A stretch of DNA of 32,000 nt from Ruminococcus albus 7 = DSM 20455 (GCF_000179635.2 NC_014825.1:320647-352646); one strand, 5' to 3'. Shown: positions 7,339-16,267, counted from the stretch's first letter. The notes: generated from the letters alone by a model not told the origin. Numbers and translations: made by a program.

Positions 7339-7554
7339 CCGTCGTAAGCTGGGAAACAGTGCGTATTTAAGGCTTTTGGCTGCTTTGGTGCAGTGATCTT
7401 ACTTGTGGTGTGTTAAGGGGATAACCATAAATTCTTATGATACTTTTATAACTGACCCTCATGGAAGAATGAATGAAGAGCATCGTAGATGTAATGTCTT
7501 ACATAGCCAAAACGTTGTGTCTTTCCCGATGAAACCGTGATCACCTTCGGGTTC

Positions 7555-8823
7555 TTACTTTTTCAGGTACTTGTCAAGTATGCCTGTATAATCAAATGTG
7601 CTGAAATAATCTGCAGGGGTCTCGGCACGTCTTATCATCTGTACATCGCCGTTCTCCTTCAGCAGAAGCTCAGCGGAGCGAAGTCTGCCGTTGTAGTTGT
7701 ATCCCATGGAGAAGCCGTGTGCACCAGCATCGTGTATAACGAGGATATCGCCTATCTCCAGCTCGGGGAGCATTCTGTCGATAGCGAACTTATCATTGTT
7801 CTCGCAAAGGCTGCCTGTAACATCGTACTTGTGATCACAAGGCTTGTCCTCCTTGCCGAGAACTGTGATATGGTGGTATGCACCGTACATAGCAGGACGC
7901 ATCAGGTTGCAGGCACAAGCATCAACACCTGCATACTCCTTGTAGGTGTGCTTGAAGTGCTTTACAGTTGTTACCAGATGACCGTAGGGAGCAAGCATAT
8001 ATCTTCCGAGCTCGGTGAATATAGCAACATCGCCAAGACCTGCAGGAACAAGTATCTCATCGAATGCCTTGTGAACGCCCTCACCGATAGCAAAGATATC
8101 GTTCTGAGGCTTGTCGGGCTCATAAGCAATACCAACACCGCCTGAGAGATTTATGAACTTGAACTCGATGCCCACCTTCTCCTTGATCTCAACAGCCAGC
8201 TCAAAAAGTATACGCGCAAGCTTGGGATAATACTCATTGGTAACAGTATTAGAAGCCAGGAAAGCGTGTATACCGAAGTATTTTGCACCCTTCTCCTTAA
8301 GTATCCTGAAGCCCTCGATTATCTGCTCGTGTGTGAAACCGTACTTTGCGTCACCGGGGTTGTCCATTATCTTAGTGGATATGGAGAAAGTTCCGCCGGG
8401 GTTGTAACGGCAGCAGATAGTTTCGGGTATGCCGCAGAGCTTATCAAGGAAATCAATGTGGGTGAAATCATCGAGATTGATGTAAGCGCCCATTTCCTTA
8501 GCCTTAACATACTCCTCAGCAGGAGTAACGTTTGACGAGAACATGATATCCTCGCCCTTGAAACCGCAGCACTCGCTGAGCATCAGTTCTGTAAGGGATG
8601 AACAGTCAACACCGCAGCCCTCCTCCTTCAGTATCTGAAGTATGTATGGATTAGGAGTAGCCTTTACAGCGAAGAACTCCTTATAGCCCTTGTTCCAGCT
8701 GAATGCCTTGTAAAGATTGCGTGCATTCTCGCGGATGCCTTTCTCGTCATAGATATGGAAGGGAGTGGGGTAAGACTTGATTATCTCCTCAGCCTTCTCC
8801 TTGGTTATAAAAGGTTTTTTCAT
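7555..8823 (-). CDS. lysA: Type III PLP-dependent decarboxylase, diaminopimelate decarboxylase-like
   Basis: 422 aa. The Orn/DAP/Arg decarboxylase family 2 signature is FFAVKATPNP (PLP lysine), together with INLSGGVGI and the CENNDKF substrate loop. RBS AAGGAAG. Substrate assignment (DAP versus a related diamine) cannot be made from sequence by eye. Confidence 0.8.
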   Translation of the reverse strand: MKKPFITKEKAEEIIKSYPTPFHIYDEKGIRENARNLYKAFSWNKGYKEFFAVKATPNPYILQILKEEGCGVDCSSLTELMLSECCGFKGEDIMFSSNVTPAEEYVKAKEMGAYINLDDFTHIDFLDKLCGIPETICCRYNPGGTFSISTKIMDNPGDAKYGFTHEQIIEGFRILKEKGAKYFGIHAFLASNTVTNEYYPKLARILFELAVEIKEKVGIEFKFINLSGGVGIAYEPDKPQNDIFAIGEGVHKAFDEILVPAGLGDVAIFTELGRYMLAPYGHLVTTVKHFKHTYKEYAGVDACACNLMRPAMYGAYHHITVLGKEDKPCDHKYDVTGSLCENNDKFAIDRMLPELEIGDILVIHDAGAHGFSMGYNYNGRLRSAELLLKENGDVQMIRRAETPADYFSTFDYTGILDKYLKK

Positions 8824-8863
8824 ATTTCATCTTCCTTTACTGAAAAATTAAATGTACTTTTAT

Positions 8864-8892
8864 ATAATAACATTTTTTTCGGACTAAGTCAA
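8864..8892 (-). promoter_or_regulatory. Sigma-A type promoter for the decarboxylase gene
   Basis: Minus strand: TTGACT (8892-8887), 17-nt spacer, TATTAT (8869-8864). Confidence 0.55.
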
Positions 8893-9020
8893 TAGGAAAT
8901 AAATAAACAAATGGTCACAGCCGCCGAGATGTCTGAAAAATACCGTAATTATCAGACTCCTACAGAAACAGCAGATCACAGCCGCGATGAAGAACGGATG
9001 AAAATAGTTTTGTGTTTATA

Positions 9021-9049
9021 TTGACTTATTATTTAAACTATGATATAAT
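9021..9049 (+). promoter_or_regulatory. Sigma-A type promoter for the zinc-ribbon membrane protein gene
   Basis: TTGACT (9021-9026), 17-nt spacer, TGa-TATAAT (9044-9049). Confidence 0.65.
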
Positions 9050-9080
9050 TAATCAACATATTTAAATTGGAGGCGATATA

Positions 9081-9896
9081 ATGTTTTGTTCTAATTGCGG
9101 AAGCAATATCCCGGACGGCTCTGCACATTGTTCTCAGTGCGGTGCACCTACAGGTGCTGCACCAAAGCCTGTTATCGGAAATGAGCCTATAGGCAATACA
9201 TTTTCAAATGTATATCAGGCGATGACAAACCCGGATCAGCCCATGGTGCCTGTACAGGGCGGCGGTACTGCTGCTTTAGTTGATACCATGAGAGCAGTTC
9301 CTGCAAGACTGATAGCAAAGATAGCTTTTCTAGTGGCACTGGTATGCTTCGCATTCCCGTTCATGTCGGTATCATGCGATGCATCTGCAATAAGAAGTCT
9401 TGCAAACCAGGAAGCCAGTGGGGATTACAGCTTTGAGATCGTATATAAAGGATATAATCTCATATTCCCGTCCACTATCTCAGAGAAGAATGTGAAGACG
9501 GGTTCTGGATTCAACCAGAAAAAAACTACATCAACCACCAAGACAAAAAGCGGTGATGATTACGGTTCAGATGAAAAGTCCAATCCATGGCTCATCATAA
9601 CTGTTATATGCTGTGTTGCAGGTGCTGTGGTACTGTTCATCAAAAAGGACAAGCTTTTCAGTGCGATCGCTTCATGTCTGGGTCTGATAGCGTTTATATG
9701 TCTGCTGGTGTTCAAGGGCACTTTTGTATCGCGATACTTCACCAGCGACAATGTAAATATGCAGGGAGCCGCCAACTATCTTCAGGTCAATACGAAATTC
9801 GGTTTTGTACTGTGCCTGATATCAATAATATTGGCTCTCATCGCCAGTGTGATCTCATGGATCACGGACAGACCTTCCTACCATCAACGATTTTAG
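9081..9896 (+). CDS. Zinc-ribbon domain membrane protein, function unknown
   Basis: 271 aa. The N-terminal CxxC-x10-CxxC motif is FCSNCGSNIPDGSAHCSQCG. Several hydrophobic TM segments follow (IAKIAFLVALVCFAFPF, WLIITVICCVAGAVVLFI, IASCLGLIAFICLLVF, FVLCLISIILALIASVI). RBS GGAGG. Confidence 0.75.
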   Translation: MFCSNCGSNIPDGSAHCSQCGAPTGAAPKPVIGNEPIGNTFSNVYQAMTNPDQPMVPVQGGGTAALVDTMRAVPARLIAKIAFLVALVCFAFPFMSVSCDASAIRSLANQEASGDYSFEIVYKGYNLIFPSTISEKNVKTGSGFNQKKTTSTTKTKSGDDYGSDEKSNPWLIITVICCVAGAVVLFIKKDKLFSAIASCLGLIAFICLLVFKGTFVSRYFTSDNVNMQGAANYLQVNTKFGFVLCLISIILALIASVISWITDRPSYHQRF

Positions 9897-9908
9897 CTGA
9901 ACATTCAA

Positions 9909-9936
9909 GACTGCTGCAAACGCGGCAGTCTTTTTT
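9909..9936 (+). terminator. Rho-independent terminator
   Basis: GACTGC (9909-9914) pairs with GCAGTC (9925-9930), followed by TTTTTT (9931-9936). Confidence 0.75.
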
Positions 9937-9986
9937 GTTGGATATTCCACTCAACGTTAAAAAAATCTTAATTTTGCGGCAGATGC

Positions 9987-10015
9987 TTGCAAAGAAGCTC
10001 AAACGGTGATATAAT
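9987..10015 (+). promoter_or_regulatory. Sigma-A type promoter for the DUF951-to-M18 aminopeptidase gene run
   Basis: TTGCAA (9987-9992), 17-nt spacer, TGa-TATAAT (10010-10015). Confidence 0.6.
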
Positions 10016-10062
10016 AATATAGTATGCTGAATGATCTATTAAATTGAAAGGACGGTGGAGCG

Positions 10063-10251
10063 ATGGATATCATCAAGGGCGACAGGCTTGTTATGAAGAA
10101 AAAACACCCCTGCGGCAGCAACGAGATGATTGTGCTGCGCTCGGGTATGGATTTCAAGCTTCGCTGTGCAGGCTGCGGGCGGGAGTTCATGATACCACGC
10201 AGCAAGGCTGAAAAAAATGTAAAAACCGTTATCCGTGAGGCTGAAACTTAG
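10063..10251 (+). CDS. DUF951 family small protein
   Basis: 62 aa. The pattern GD.L.MKK.HPCGSNEM.VLR.G.DF.L.C..CGR...IPRSK matches the conserved Firmicute DUF951 (YyzM-like) family. RBS GGTGGAG. Confidence 0.8.
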   Translation: MDIIKGDRLVMKKKHPCGSNEMIVLRSGMDFKLRCAGCGREFMIPRSKAEKNVKTVIREAET

Positions 10252-10285
10252 CTGCGCCAGATATATCTGATAACAGGGAGATAAT

Positions 10286-10819
10286 ATGATAATACTTATT
10301 TACGGTGCATCCCATACGGGCAAAACTGCCCTTGCACAGAAGCTTCTTGAAAAGTACAAGTACCCGTATCTTTCCATAGACCACCTTAAAATGGGGCTCA
10401 TAAGGTCAGGACAGACCACTCTGACCCCTATGGATGATGAGGAGCTGACTCCATATCTCTGGAACATAGTGAAAGAGATGATAAAGACAGCAGTAGAAAA
10501 CGGACAGCACCTGATAGTCGAGGGCTGCTACATACCCTTTGACTGGAGAGAAAGCTTCGATGAGAATTATCTGCGTGAGATACGTGCCTTCTGCCTTGTT
10601 ATGACCGAAAGTTATATCGAACACAATTTTGACACTATAAAGCGTTTTGCGTGCGTTATCGAAAACAGGCTCGATGACAGCGGACTGAACCGCGAAGAGC
10701 TCACAAGCGAAAACAAGAGAAATTTTGATATGTGCAGAAAGCTTGGAGAGAGTTATATACTCATAGATGAGCGCTACGACATAGATGACGCAGTCGAACG
10801 GATAATAAGGAGTAAATGA
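10286..10819 (+). CDS. P-loop NTPase / small-molecule kinase-like ATP-binding protein (2-phosphoglycerate-kinase-like fold family)
   Basis: 177 aa. The Walker A motif is immediately N-terminal (IYGASHTGKTALAQ). The putative Walker B/lid is HLIVEGCY. RBS GGGAG. Specific substrate unknown. Confidence 0.65.
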   Translation: MIILIYGASHTGKTALAQKLLEKYKYPYLSIDHLKMGLIRSGQTTLTPMDDEELTPYLWNIVKEMIKTAVENGQHLIVEGCYIPFDWRESFDENYLREIRAFCLVMTESYIEHNFDTIKRFACVIENRLDDSGLNREELTSENKRNFDMCRKLGESYILIDERYDIDDAVERIIRSK

Positions 10820-10820
10820 T

Positions 10821-11900
10821 ATGTTTGAAAAATTAAGAGCACTTGAAGATAAATTCAACGAAATAAACGAAAGGCTCATGCAGCCCGAGGTGGTAAACGA
10901 TTCAAAGCTGTACACCGAGCTTATGATAGAGTACAAAAATCTTGAACCGGTTGTTGAGGCGCTGCGCGAGTATGATAAAGCAAAGGCTGAATTCGATGAA
11001 GCAGTGGAAATGTCCTCAGACAGCAGCCTTGACGCTGATATGAAGGATATGGTACAGGAGCAGTACGCTGAATCAAAAGCGGCTATGGCACGTCTTGAAG
11101 AAGAGCTGAAAATACTTCTTCTGCCCAAAGACCCCAACGATGACAGGAACGTTATCATCGAGATAAGGGGCGGTGCAGGCGGCGAAGAAGCTGCACTGTT
11201 CGCGAATTCCCTTTATCGTATGTACTCCATGTACGCGGCACAGAAGAACTGGCAGATAGAAGTAATGAGCGCCAACGAGACCGAACTCGGCGGCTATAAG
11301 GAAATAACCTTCACCGTATCGGGACAGGGTGCATATTCACGCCTTAAATACGAAAGCGGCGTACACCGCGTACAGCGTGTTCCCGAGACCGAATCTCAGG
11401 GCAGGGTCCATACCTCAACGGTTACTGTAGCCGTACTTCCCGAGGTTGATGATGTTGAGCTTGAGATAAACGAAGAGAAAGAGATCAAGATGGAAGTATT
11501 CCGTTCCTCGGGCGCAGGCGGACAGCACATCAACAAGACTTCATCAGCAGTACGTCTGATACACATACCCACTGGTACTGTTGTAGAATGCCAGAACGAG
11601 CGTTCGCAGTTCCAGAACAGGGAAAAAGCCCTGAAAATGCTGAAAGCAAAACTGCTTGACGAAAAGGTAAGGGCGCAGGAGGACGAGATAGCTTCCAACA
11701 GACGTTCACAGGTCGGTACGGGCGACAGGTCTGAGAAGATAAGAACTTACAACTTCCCCGAGAGCCGAATTTCCGATCACCGCATAAAGCTGACACTTTA
11801 CAAGCTTGAACAGATACTCAACGGAAATCTCGATGAAGTAATAGATGCACTTGCCACCGCAGATCAGGCTGCAAAGCTGGCAGCACAGGAAGAGGAATAA
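10821..11900 (+). CDS. prfA: Peptide chain release factor 1
   Basis: 359 aa. The GGQ motif is SGAGGQHINKT. The RF1-type tripeptide context is RVQRVPETESQGRVHTS (P-x-T, not the SPF of RF2). No frameshift site is present. Confidence 0.95.
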   Translation: MFEKLRALEDKFNEINERLMQPEVVNDSKLYTELMIEYKNLEPVVEALREYDKAKAEFDEAVEMSSDSSLDADMKDMVQEQYAESKAAMARLEEELKILLLPKDPNDDRNVIIEIRGGAGGEEAALFANSLYRMYSMYAAQKNWQIEVMSANETELGGYKEITFTVSGQGAYSRLKYESGVHRVQRVPETESQGRVHTSTVTVAVLPEVDDVELEINEEKEIKMEVFRSSGAGGQHINKTSSAVRLIHIPTGTVVECQNERSQFQNREKALKMLKAKLLDEKVRAQEDEIASNRRSQVGTGDRSEKIRTYNFPESRISDHRIKLTLYKLEQILNGNLDEVIDALATADQAAKLAAQEEE

Positions 11901-11905
11901 TACCT

Positions 11906-12310
11906 ATGATACACCTTGACGGTTTCGGCCTGTTCGTTAAGGATATGCCTACAATGGTAAGATTCTACCGCGATGTGCTTGGCTTTGAGATAAAGGAAGC
12001 CGAGAACACCGACAACGTATATCTTATCAAAGACGGCACACTGTTCCTTCTTTACGGACGTAACGATTTTGAACGCATGACAAACAGACAGTACAGCTTT
12101 GCCAAAGGGCTGAACGGACATTCAGAGATAGCGCTGTACGTTGATACTTTTGCAGATGTGGATGCCGAATTCGATCGGGCAGTAAAACTCGGTGCAAGAC
12201 CTGTTCTCGAACCTGCTACAGAACCCTGGGGACAGCGCACCTGCTATATCGCAGATCCCGAGGGAAATCTTATAGAGATAGGCTCATTCGGTAAACCCTT
12301 TGGACGATAA
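11906..12310 (+). CDS. VOC (glyoxalase/bleomycin-resistance/dioxygenase) family protein
   Basis: 134 aa. The VOC-fold signatures are an N-terminal hydrophobic beta-strand with FYRDVLGFE and a C-terminal W.G.R..Y..DPEGNLIEI. Confidence 0.8.
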   Translation: MIHLDGFGLFVKDMPTMVRFYRDVLGFEIKEAENTDNVYLIKDGTLFLLYGRNDFERMTNRQYSFAKGLNGHSEIALYVDTFADVDAEFDRAVKLGARPVLEPATEPWGQRTCYIADPEGNLIEIGSFGKPFGR

Positions 12311-12335
12311 ATATATTTCGGAAAGAAGATCTTAA

Positions 12336-13352
12336 ATGTTTGAAACTAAGCTTCTGGGTAAAGACGAAAACTCGATAAACACCGCCGCAGAACTTATCAG
12401 GGCAGGCGAAGTTGTGGGGATCCCCACTGAAACAGTCTACGGGCTTGGTGCCAATGCCTTTGATGAGGATGCAGTGCACAAGATATTCGCGGCAAAGGGC
12501 AGACCTGCCGACAATCCGCTGATAGTACATATAAGTTCATTTGAGGAGATCAAACCTCTTGTAACGGAGATACCCGCACTTGCCGAAAAGTGTGCTGAAA
12601 AATTCTGGCCGGGTCCCCTGACTATGATAATGCCGAAATCCGATAAGATACCCTTGGTGACAAGCGGCGGACTTGACACCGTGGGCATAAGGATGCCATC
12701 GAATGCAACGGCACGTGCTATAATCAAGGCAAGCGGCTGTCCTATTGCCGCACCATCGGCTAATCTTTCGGGCAGTCCCTCCCCTACCACAGCGATGCAC
12801 GTATTAAATGATATGGACGGACGTATTCCCGCCATAGTTGACGGCGGCGCCTGCGGTGTGGGTGTCGAAAGCACTGTCATCAGCTTTGAGGGCAACGGTA
12901 TCAGGCTTCTCCGCCCTGGATTCATCTCGGTCGAAGACCTTAAAGAGATCACCGAGAACGTTATGGTTGACAAAGGCGTGCTTGAAATGCTGGGCGAGGG
13001 TGCTAAGGTACGCAGCCCGGGTATGAAGTATAAGCACTATGCCCCGAAAGCCGAAGTAACTATCATCGACGGCAGCAGCGAACAGTTCAATGCCTTCTGC
13101 AGAGAGAATGCATCGGCTGATGATGTGCTAATGGTATTCACCGAGGCTGATGCACAAGGACTTCCACAGAGAAAAACTGTCCTCGGTGCCACAGACGAAG
13201 AACAGGCGCAGCACCTTTTTGATGCGCTGAGAGGATTCGACGAGATGTGCGCTGAGAAGGTATGGGCGAGATGCCCCCGTAAGACCGGAGTTGGTCTGGC
13301 GGTGTACAACAGACTGCTGAGAGCGGCTGCATTCAGGGTGATACATCTATGA
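12336..13352 (+). CDS. tsaC: L-threonylcarbamoyladenylate synthase (Sua5/YwlC long form)
   Basis: 338 aa. The YrdC domain motifs are PTETVYGLGANA, KGRP..NPLIVH and APSAN.SG. A C-terminal Sua5 domain is also present. Confidence 0.9.
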   Translation: MFETKLLGKDENSINTAAELIRAGEVVGIPTETVYGLGANAFDEDAVHKIFAAKGRPADNPLIVHISSFEEIKPLVTEIPALAEKCAEKFWPGPLTMIMPKSDKIPLVTSGGLDTVGIRMPSNATARAIIKASGCPIAAPSANLSGSPSPTTAMHVLNDMDGRIPAIVDGGACGVGVESTVISFEGNGIRLLRPGFISVEDLKEITENVMVDKGVLEMLGEGAKVRSPGMKYKHYAPKAEVTIIDGSSEQFNAFCRENASADDVLMVFTEADAQGLPQRKTVLGATDEEQAQHLFDALRGFDEMCAEKVWARCPRKTGVGLAVYNRLLRAAAFRVIHL

Positions 13353-13966
13353 GCATCGTGATAGGTCTTACAGGACAGAGCGGTGCAGGCAAGACACTGG
13401 TATCAAGGGTATTCGAGGAAAAGGGCTTCGGGGTGATAAACTGCGATATGGCAGCAAGAGAGGTCACCGAAGCAGGCAGCGACTGCAACCGCGAGCTGGC
13501 TGAGATATTCCCCGAATGCTTTGATGAAGACTATGTACTTGACAGACGTGCCCTCGGAAGTATAGTATTTGCCGACAGACAAAAGCTGGATACCCTCAAC
13601 AGTGTAATATTCAGGTACATCGACAAGCTCCTTGACGAAAAGATAGCCGAATACAGCCAGAGCTATGACTATGTGGTGCTGGATGCTCCCACCCTTTTTG
13701 AAGCCGGTGCTGACAAAAAATGCCATGTGATAGTATCTGTTACGGCTGATGAAGATATCAGGCTCAGGCGTATAACCGCAAGGGATGGTCTTGATGAGGA
13801 AAGCGTCAGAAAGCGTTTTGCCTCACAGCATGACCAGGCATTCTTTGAAAGGGTCAGTGACTATGTCATAAAAAATAACGGTGACAGCACAGAAGCTGTC
13901 CGACAGACAATTGAGATAACATACAAAATAAAGGAAGGTAAAATTGGCAGCAAGAACAACAAGTAA
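13349..13966 (+). CDS. coaE: Dephospho-CoA kinase
   Basis: 205 aa. The N-terminal motif is IGLTGQSGAGKT, and the remainder has CoaE-like organisation. Its ATG overlaps the tsaC stop codon (ATGA), suggesting translational coupling. Confidence 0.9.
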   Translation: MSIVIGLTGQSGAGKTLVSRVFEEKGFGVINCDMAAREVTEAGSDCNRELAEIFPECFDEDYVLDRRALGSIVFADRQKLDTLNSVIFRYIDKLLDEKIAEYSQSYDYVVLDAPTLFEAGADKKCHVIVSVTADEDIRLRRITARDGLDEESVRKRFASQHDQAFFERVSDYVIKNNGDSTEAVRQTIEITYKIKEGKIGSKNNK

Positions 13967-14762
13967 AACTTCTGCAAATAGAAGTCCAAGAAAAAAGAAA
14001 AGCTCAACCGGCGATCTGATAGCAGTGCTGTTAGGTGTAGCGGCAGCTGTCGCAGTAGTAATGTTCCTGGTTTTCCTTTTCAAACGAGGTGTAAGCCAAG
14101 GACTCAGGGAGGTAAAAGATAAGACTTCGGATTACGTACCCAGCGGCTTTACATACCCCACTAAATATGAGGAATATGTTATAAAATACTGCAAAGAATA
14201 TGATACAGACCCTGTTCTTGTGTTCTCGGTGATAAAGGTGGAAAGCAACTTCCAGCCAAAAGCCACATCAAACGTTGGCGCAAGAGGTCTTATGCAGCTT
14301 ATGGAGGATGCCTATGACTGGGTGAAATTCAGGCTGGATGACGACAGCGAGAGCTATGAGGATATGTACGATCCCGAAACAAATATAAAATACGGAACAT
14401 ATTATCTCAGCTTTCTCATGGACAGATACGATGATTCCATAGACCTTGCAGCGGCAGCTTACCACTGCGGTATGGGTCAGGTGGACAGCTGGCTGGAAGA
14501 CGGCACTATCAGCGCTGAGAAATTCGACGTTAATGATATCCCGAAAGAGAACGACCAGACTTCACATTACGTAAACAAGATAAACGATGCCTATACGGCT
14601 TACAAGAAGATACTCTCCGAACGCGGTATAGACAGCTTATATACCGATCCTTCATCGGAAGACGCAACGGAATCCGGAGAAGATACGGAAGAATCTGAAA
14701 CATACGATGACTACTACGCCGATAATTACGAAGATTACGGCGATACAGAATATATTTATTAA
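13944..14762 (+). CDS. Membrane-anchored lytic transglycosylase (SLT domain) with an acidic C-terminal tail
   Basis: The TTG start at 13944 is preceded by AAGGAAGG. The protein has a basic N-terminus and a TM segment (LIAVLLGVAAAVAVVMFLVFLF). The SLT catalytic region is VIKVESNFQP...GARGLMQLM...AYHCG. Confidence 0.85.
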   Translation: MAARTTSKTSANRSPRKKKSSTGDLIAVLLGVAAAVAVVMFLVFLFKRGVSQGLREVKDKTSDYVPSGFTYPTKYEEYVIKYCKEYDTDPVLVFSVIKVESNFQPKATSNVGARGLMQLMEDAYDWVKFRLDDDSESYEDMYDPETNIKYGTYYLSFLMDRYDDSIDLAAAAYHCGMGQVDSWLEDGTISAEKFDVNDIPKENDQTSHYVNKINDAYTAYKKILSERGIDSLYTDPSSEDATESGEDTEESETYDDYYADNYEDYGDTEYIY

Positions 14763-14781
14763 CACCAGGGAGGTAATACAA

Positions 14782-16191
14782 ATGGCAGAAAAGAAAAAAT
14801 CGGCAGCCGAGGAGCTTGCTGAAAAGCTGCTCTCACAGCACAAGAACGGTATACTGAGAGTCGATGAAAAGGAGATCAAGGATATCGACAGCTACAACGA
14901 GGGCTACAAGGATTTCCTGAACACCGCAAAGACCGAACGCGAGGCTGCTGAGGAGATCGTCAGACAGGCTGAAGCTGCAGGCTTCAAGGCTTATGAAAGA
15001 AACAAGAAGTACAAGTCGGGCGACAAGTTCTACTTTGTTAACAGAGGCAAGGCTGTGATACTCACCGTTATGGGCAAAAAGGATATTTCCGAGGGCATCA
15101 GGCTGGCAGCTGCACATATCGACTCACCCAGACTTGATATGAAGCAGAACCCCCTCTATGAGGATAAGGAGATAGCTTATTTCAAGACCCACTACTACGG
15201 CGGCATCAAGAAGTATCAGTGGCCGACAGTTCCGCTGTCACTCCACGGAGTTATCATCAAGGCTGACGGCAGTACTGTAAAGGTACGCATAGGTGAGGAC
15301 GAGGGCGACCCCGTTTTCTGTATAAGTGATATACTCCCCCACCTGGCTGAATCACAGTATAAAAGACCTGCACCAAGGCTCATCACAGGTGAGGAGCTGA
15401 ACATCATCGTTGGTTCAAGACCTTTCAAGGATGACAAGATATCCAATAAGGTGAAGCTGAATATAATGGCTATACTGAACGAGAAGTACGACATCGTCGA
15501 GGATGATCTGATCTCTGCTGAGCTGGAGGCTGTACCTGCATTCAAGGCTGTGGATGTTGGCTTTGACAGAAGCATGGTAGGTTCATACGGTCAGGATGAC
15601 AGAGTGTGCGCTTATTCTTCGCTGAAAGCTGTACTTGAACTCAAAAAGCCCGAGTATACCTGCATGACAGTACTCACCGACAAAGAAGAAACAGGCAGCG
15701 ACGGCAACACTGGTCTTAACAGCTCATATCTCCCTTACTTCATCAGCGATCTTGCTGAGGTATACGGTGCCAACGGCAGGAATGTAATGAGCAAGTCAGA
15801 GTGCCTTTCAGCTGACGTAAATGCAGCTGTTGACCCCACATTCATCGAGCCCTTCGAGGTACGCAACTGCTCACAGCTGAACTACGGCGTGGTTGCAACT
15901 AAGTTCACAGGTGCAAGGGGCAAGTCCGGTACATCTGACGCTTCTGCTGAATTCGTCGGCAGGATAAGAAGACTCTTCGACAAGAACGGCATCATCTGGC
16001 AGACAGGTGAACTGGGCAAGGTAGATGCAGGCGGCGGCGGAACTGTTGCACAGTATATCGCAAACCTTGACCTTGATGTAATCGACGTTGGTGTTCCCGT
16101 ACTGTCTATGCACGCACCCTTTGAGATAACCTCAAAGCTGGATAACTATATGGCTTACAAGGCATTCAGAGTTTTCTTTGAAGATAAATGA
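14782..16191 (+). CDS. M18 family aminopeptidase
   Basis: The start is placed at the ATG at 14782 (MAEKKKS...), preceded by GGGAGG. The track's 14707 start overlaps the upstream gene and has no RBS. Conserved M18 motifs are AAHIDSPRLD, FKTHYYGGIKKYQW, DDRVC and VLSMHAP. Confidence 0.9.
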   Translation: MAEKKKSAAEELAEKLLSQHKNGILRVDEKEIKDIDSYNEGYKDFLNTAKTEREAAEEIVRQAEAAGFKAYERNKKYKSGDKFYFVNRGKAVILTVMGKKDISEGIRLAAAHIDSPRLDMKQNPLYEDKEIAYFKTHYYGGIKKYQWPTVPLSLHGVIIKADGSTVKVRIGEDEGDPVFCISDILPHLAESQYKRPAPRLITGEELNIIVGSRPFKDDKISNKVKLNIMAILNEKYDIVEDDLISAELEAVPAFKAVDVGFDRSMVGSYGQDDRVCAYSSLKAVLELKKPEYTCMTVLTDKEETGSDGNTGLNSSYLPYFISDLAEVYGANGRNVMSKSECLSADVNAAVDPTFIEPFEVRNCSQLNYGVVATKFTGARGKSGTSDASAEFVGRIRRLFDKNGIIWQTGELGKVDAGGGGTVAQYIANLDLDVIDVGVPVLSMHAPFEITSKLDNYMAYKAFRVFFEDK

Positions 16192-16227
16192 TCCTGCGAT
16201 CGCTTAAGTTCGTATAAAACTATTTGT

Positions 16228-16267
16228 AAACTCCCTGCTGCGGATATTGCGGCAGGGAGTTTTTTTG
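16228..16267 (+). terminator. Rho-independent terminator after the aminopeptidase gene
   Basis: AAACTCCCTGC (16228-16238) pairs with GCAGGGAGTTT (16252-16262), running into TTTTTTT. Confidence 0.85.

Larger units (their letters stand above)
6656..7428. mobile_element. Transposase-less mobile insertion cassette: a 160-bp MITE-like unit (6656-6815) plus AT-rich passenger DNA, ending in a second distal inverted repeat
   Basis: The left end is CATGGTTATCCCTTTAACACAACA. The reverse complement of the right end (7404-7428) is ATGGTTATCCCCTTAACACACCACA, matching at 21/23 aligned positions. The 9-bp direct repeat AAATTCTTA lies at 6647-6655 and 7429-7437. An internal end-like copy sits at 6791-6813. 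The 6656-6815 unit is homologous to 17962-18122. Confidence 0.8.

Noticed and set aside
6647-7437. IS200/IS605-type (PATE) interpretation, because both element copies are preceded by TTAC, the IS608 target
   Set aside because: IS200/IS605 elements have no terminal inverted repeats and make no target duplication. Here both copies have inverted-repeat ends and perfect 9-bp flanking duplications, and no tnpA or tnpB is present.
6040-7437. Integron-like gene cassette with an attC site (small orphan ORF plus imperfect palindrome, GNAT next door)
   Set aside because: No GTTRRRY/RYYYAAC core sites are present. There is no intI gene and no cassette array. The flanking 9-bp duplications fit transposition, not attC x attI recombination.
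7537-8145. 202-aa ORF on the plus strand
   Set aside because: It is entirely antisense to the well-supported decarboxylase gene, has no RBS, and its translation is low-complexity and hydrophobic.
10406-11158. 250-aa ORF on the minus strand
   Set aside because: It is antisense to the P-loop kinase and prfA genes. Its Ser-rich translation is typical of the reverse frame of GA-rich coding DNA.
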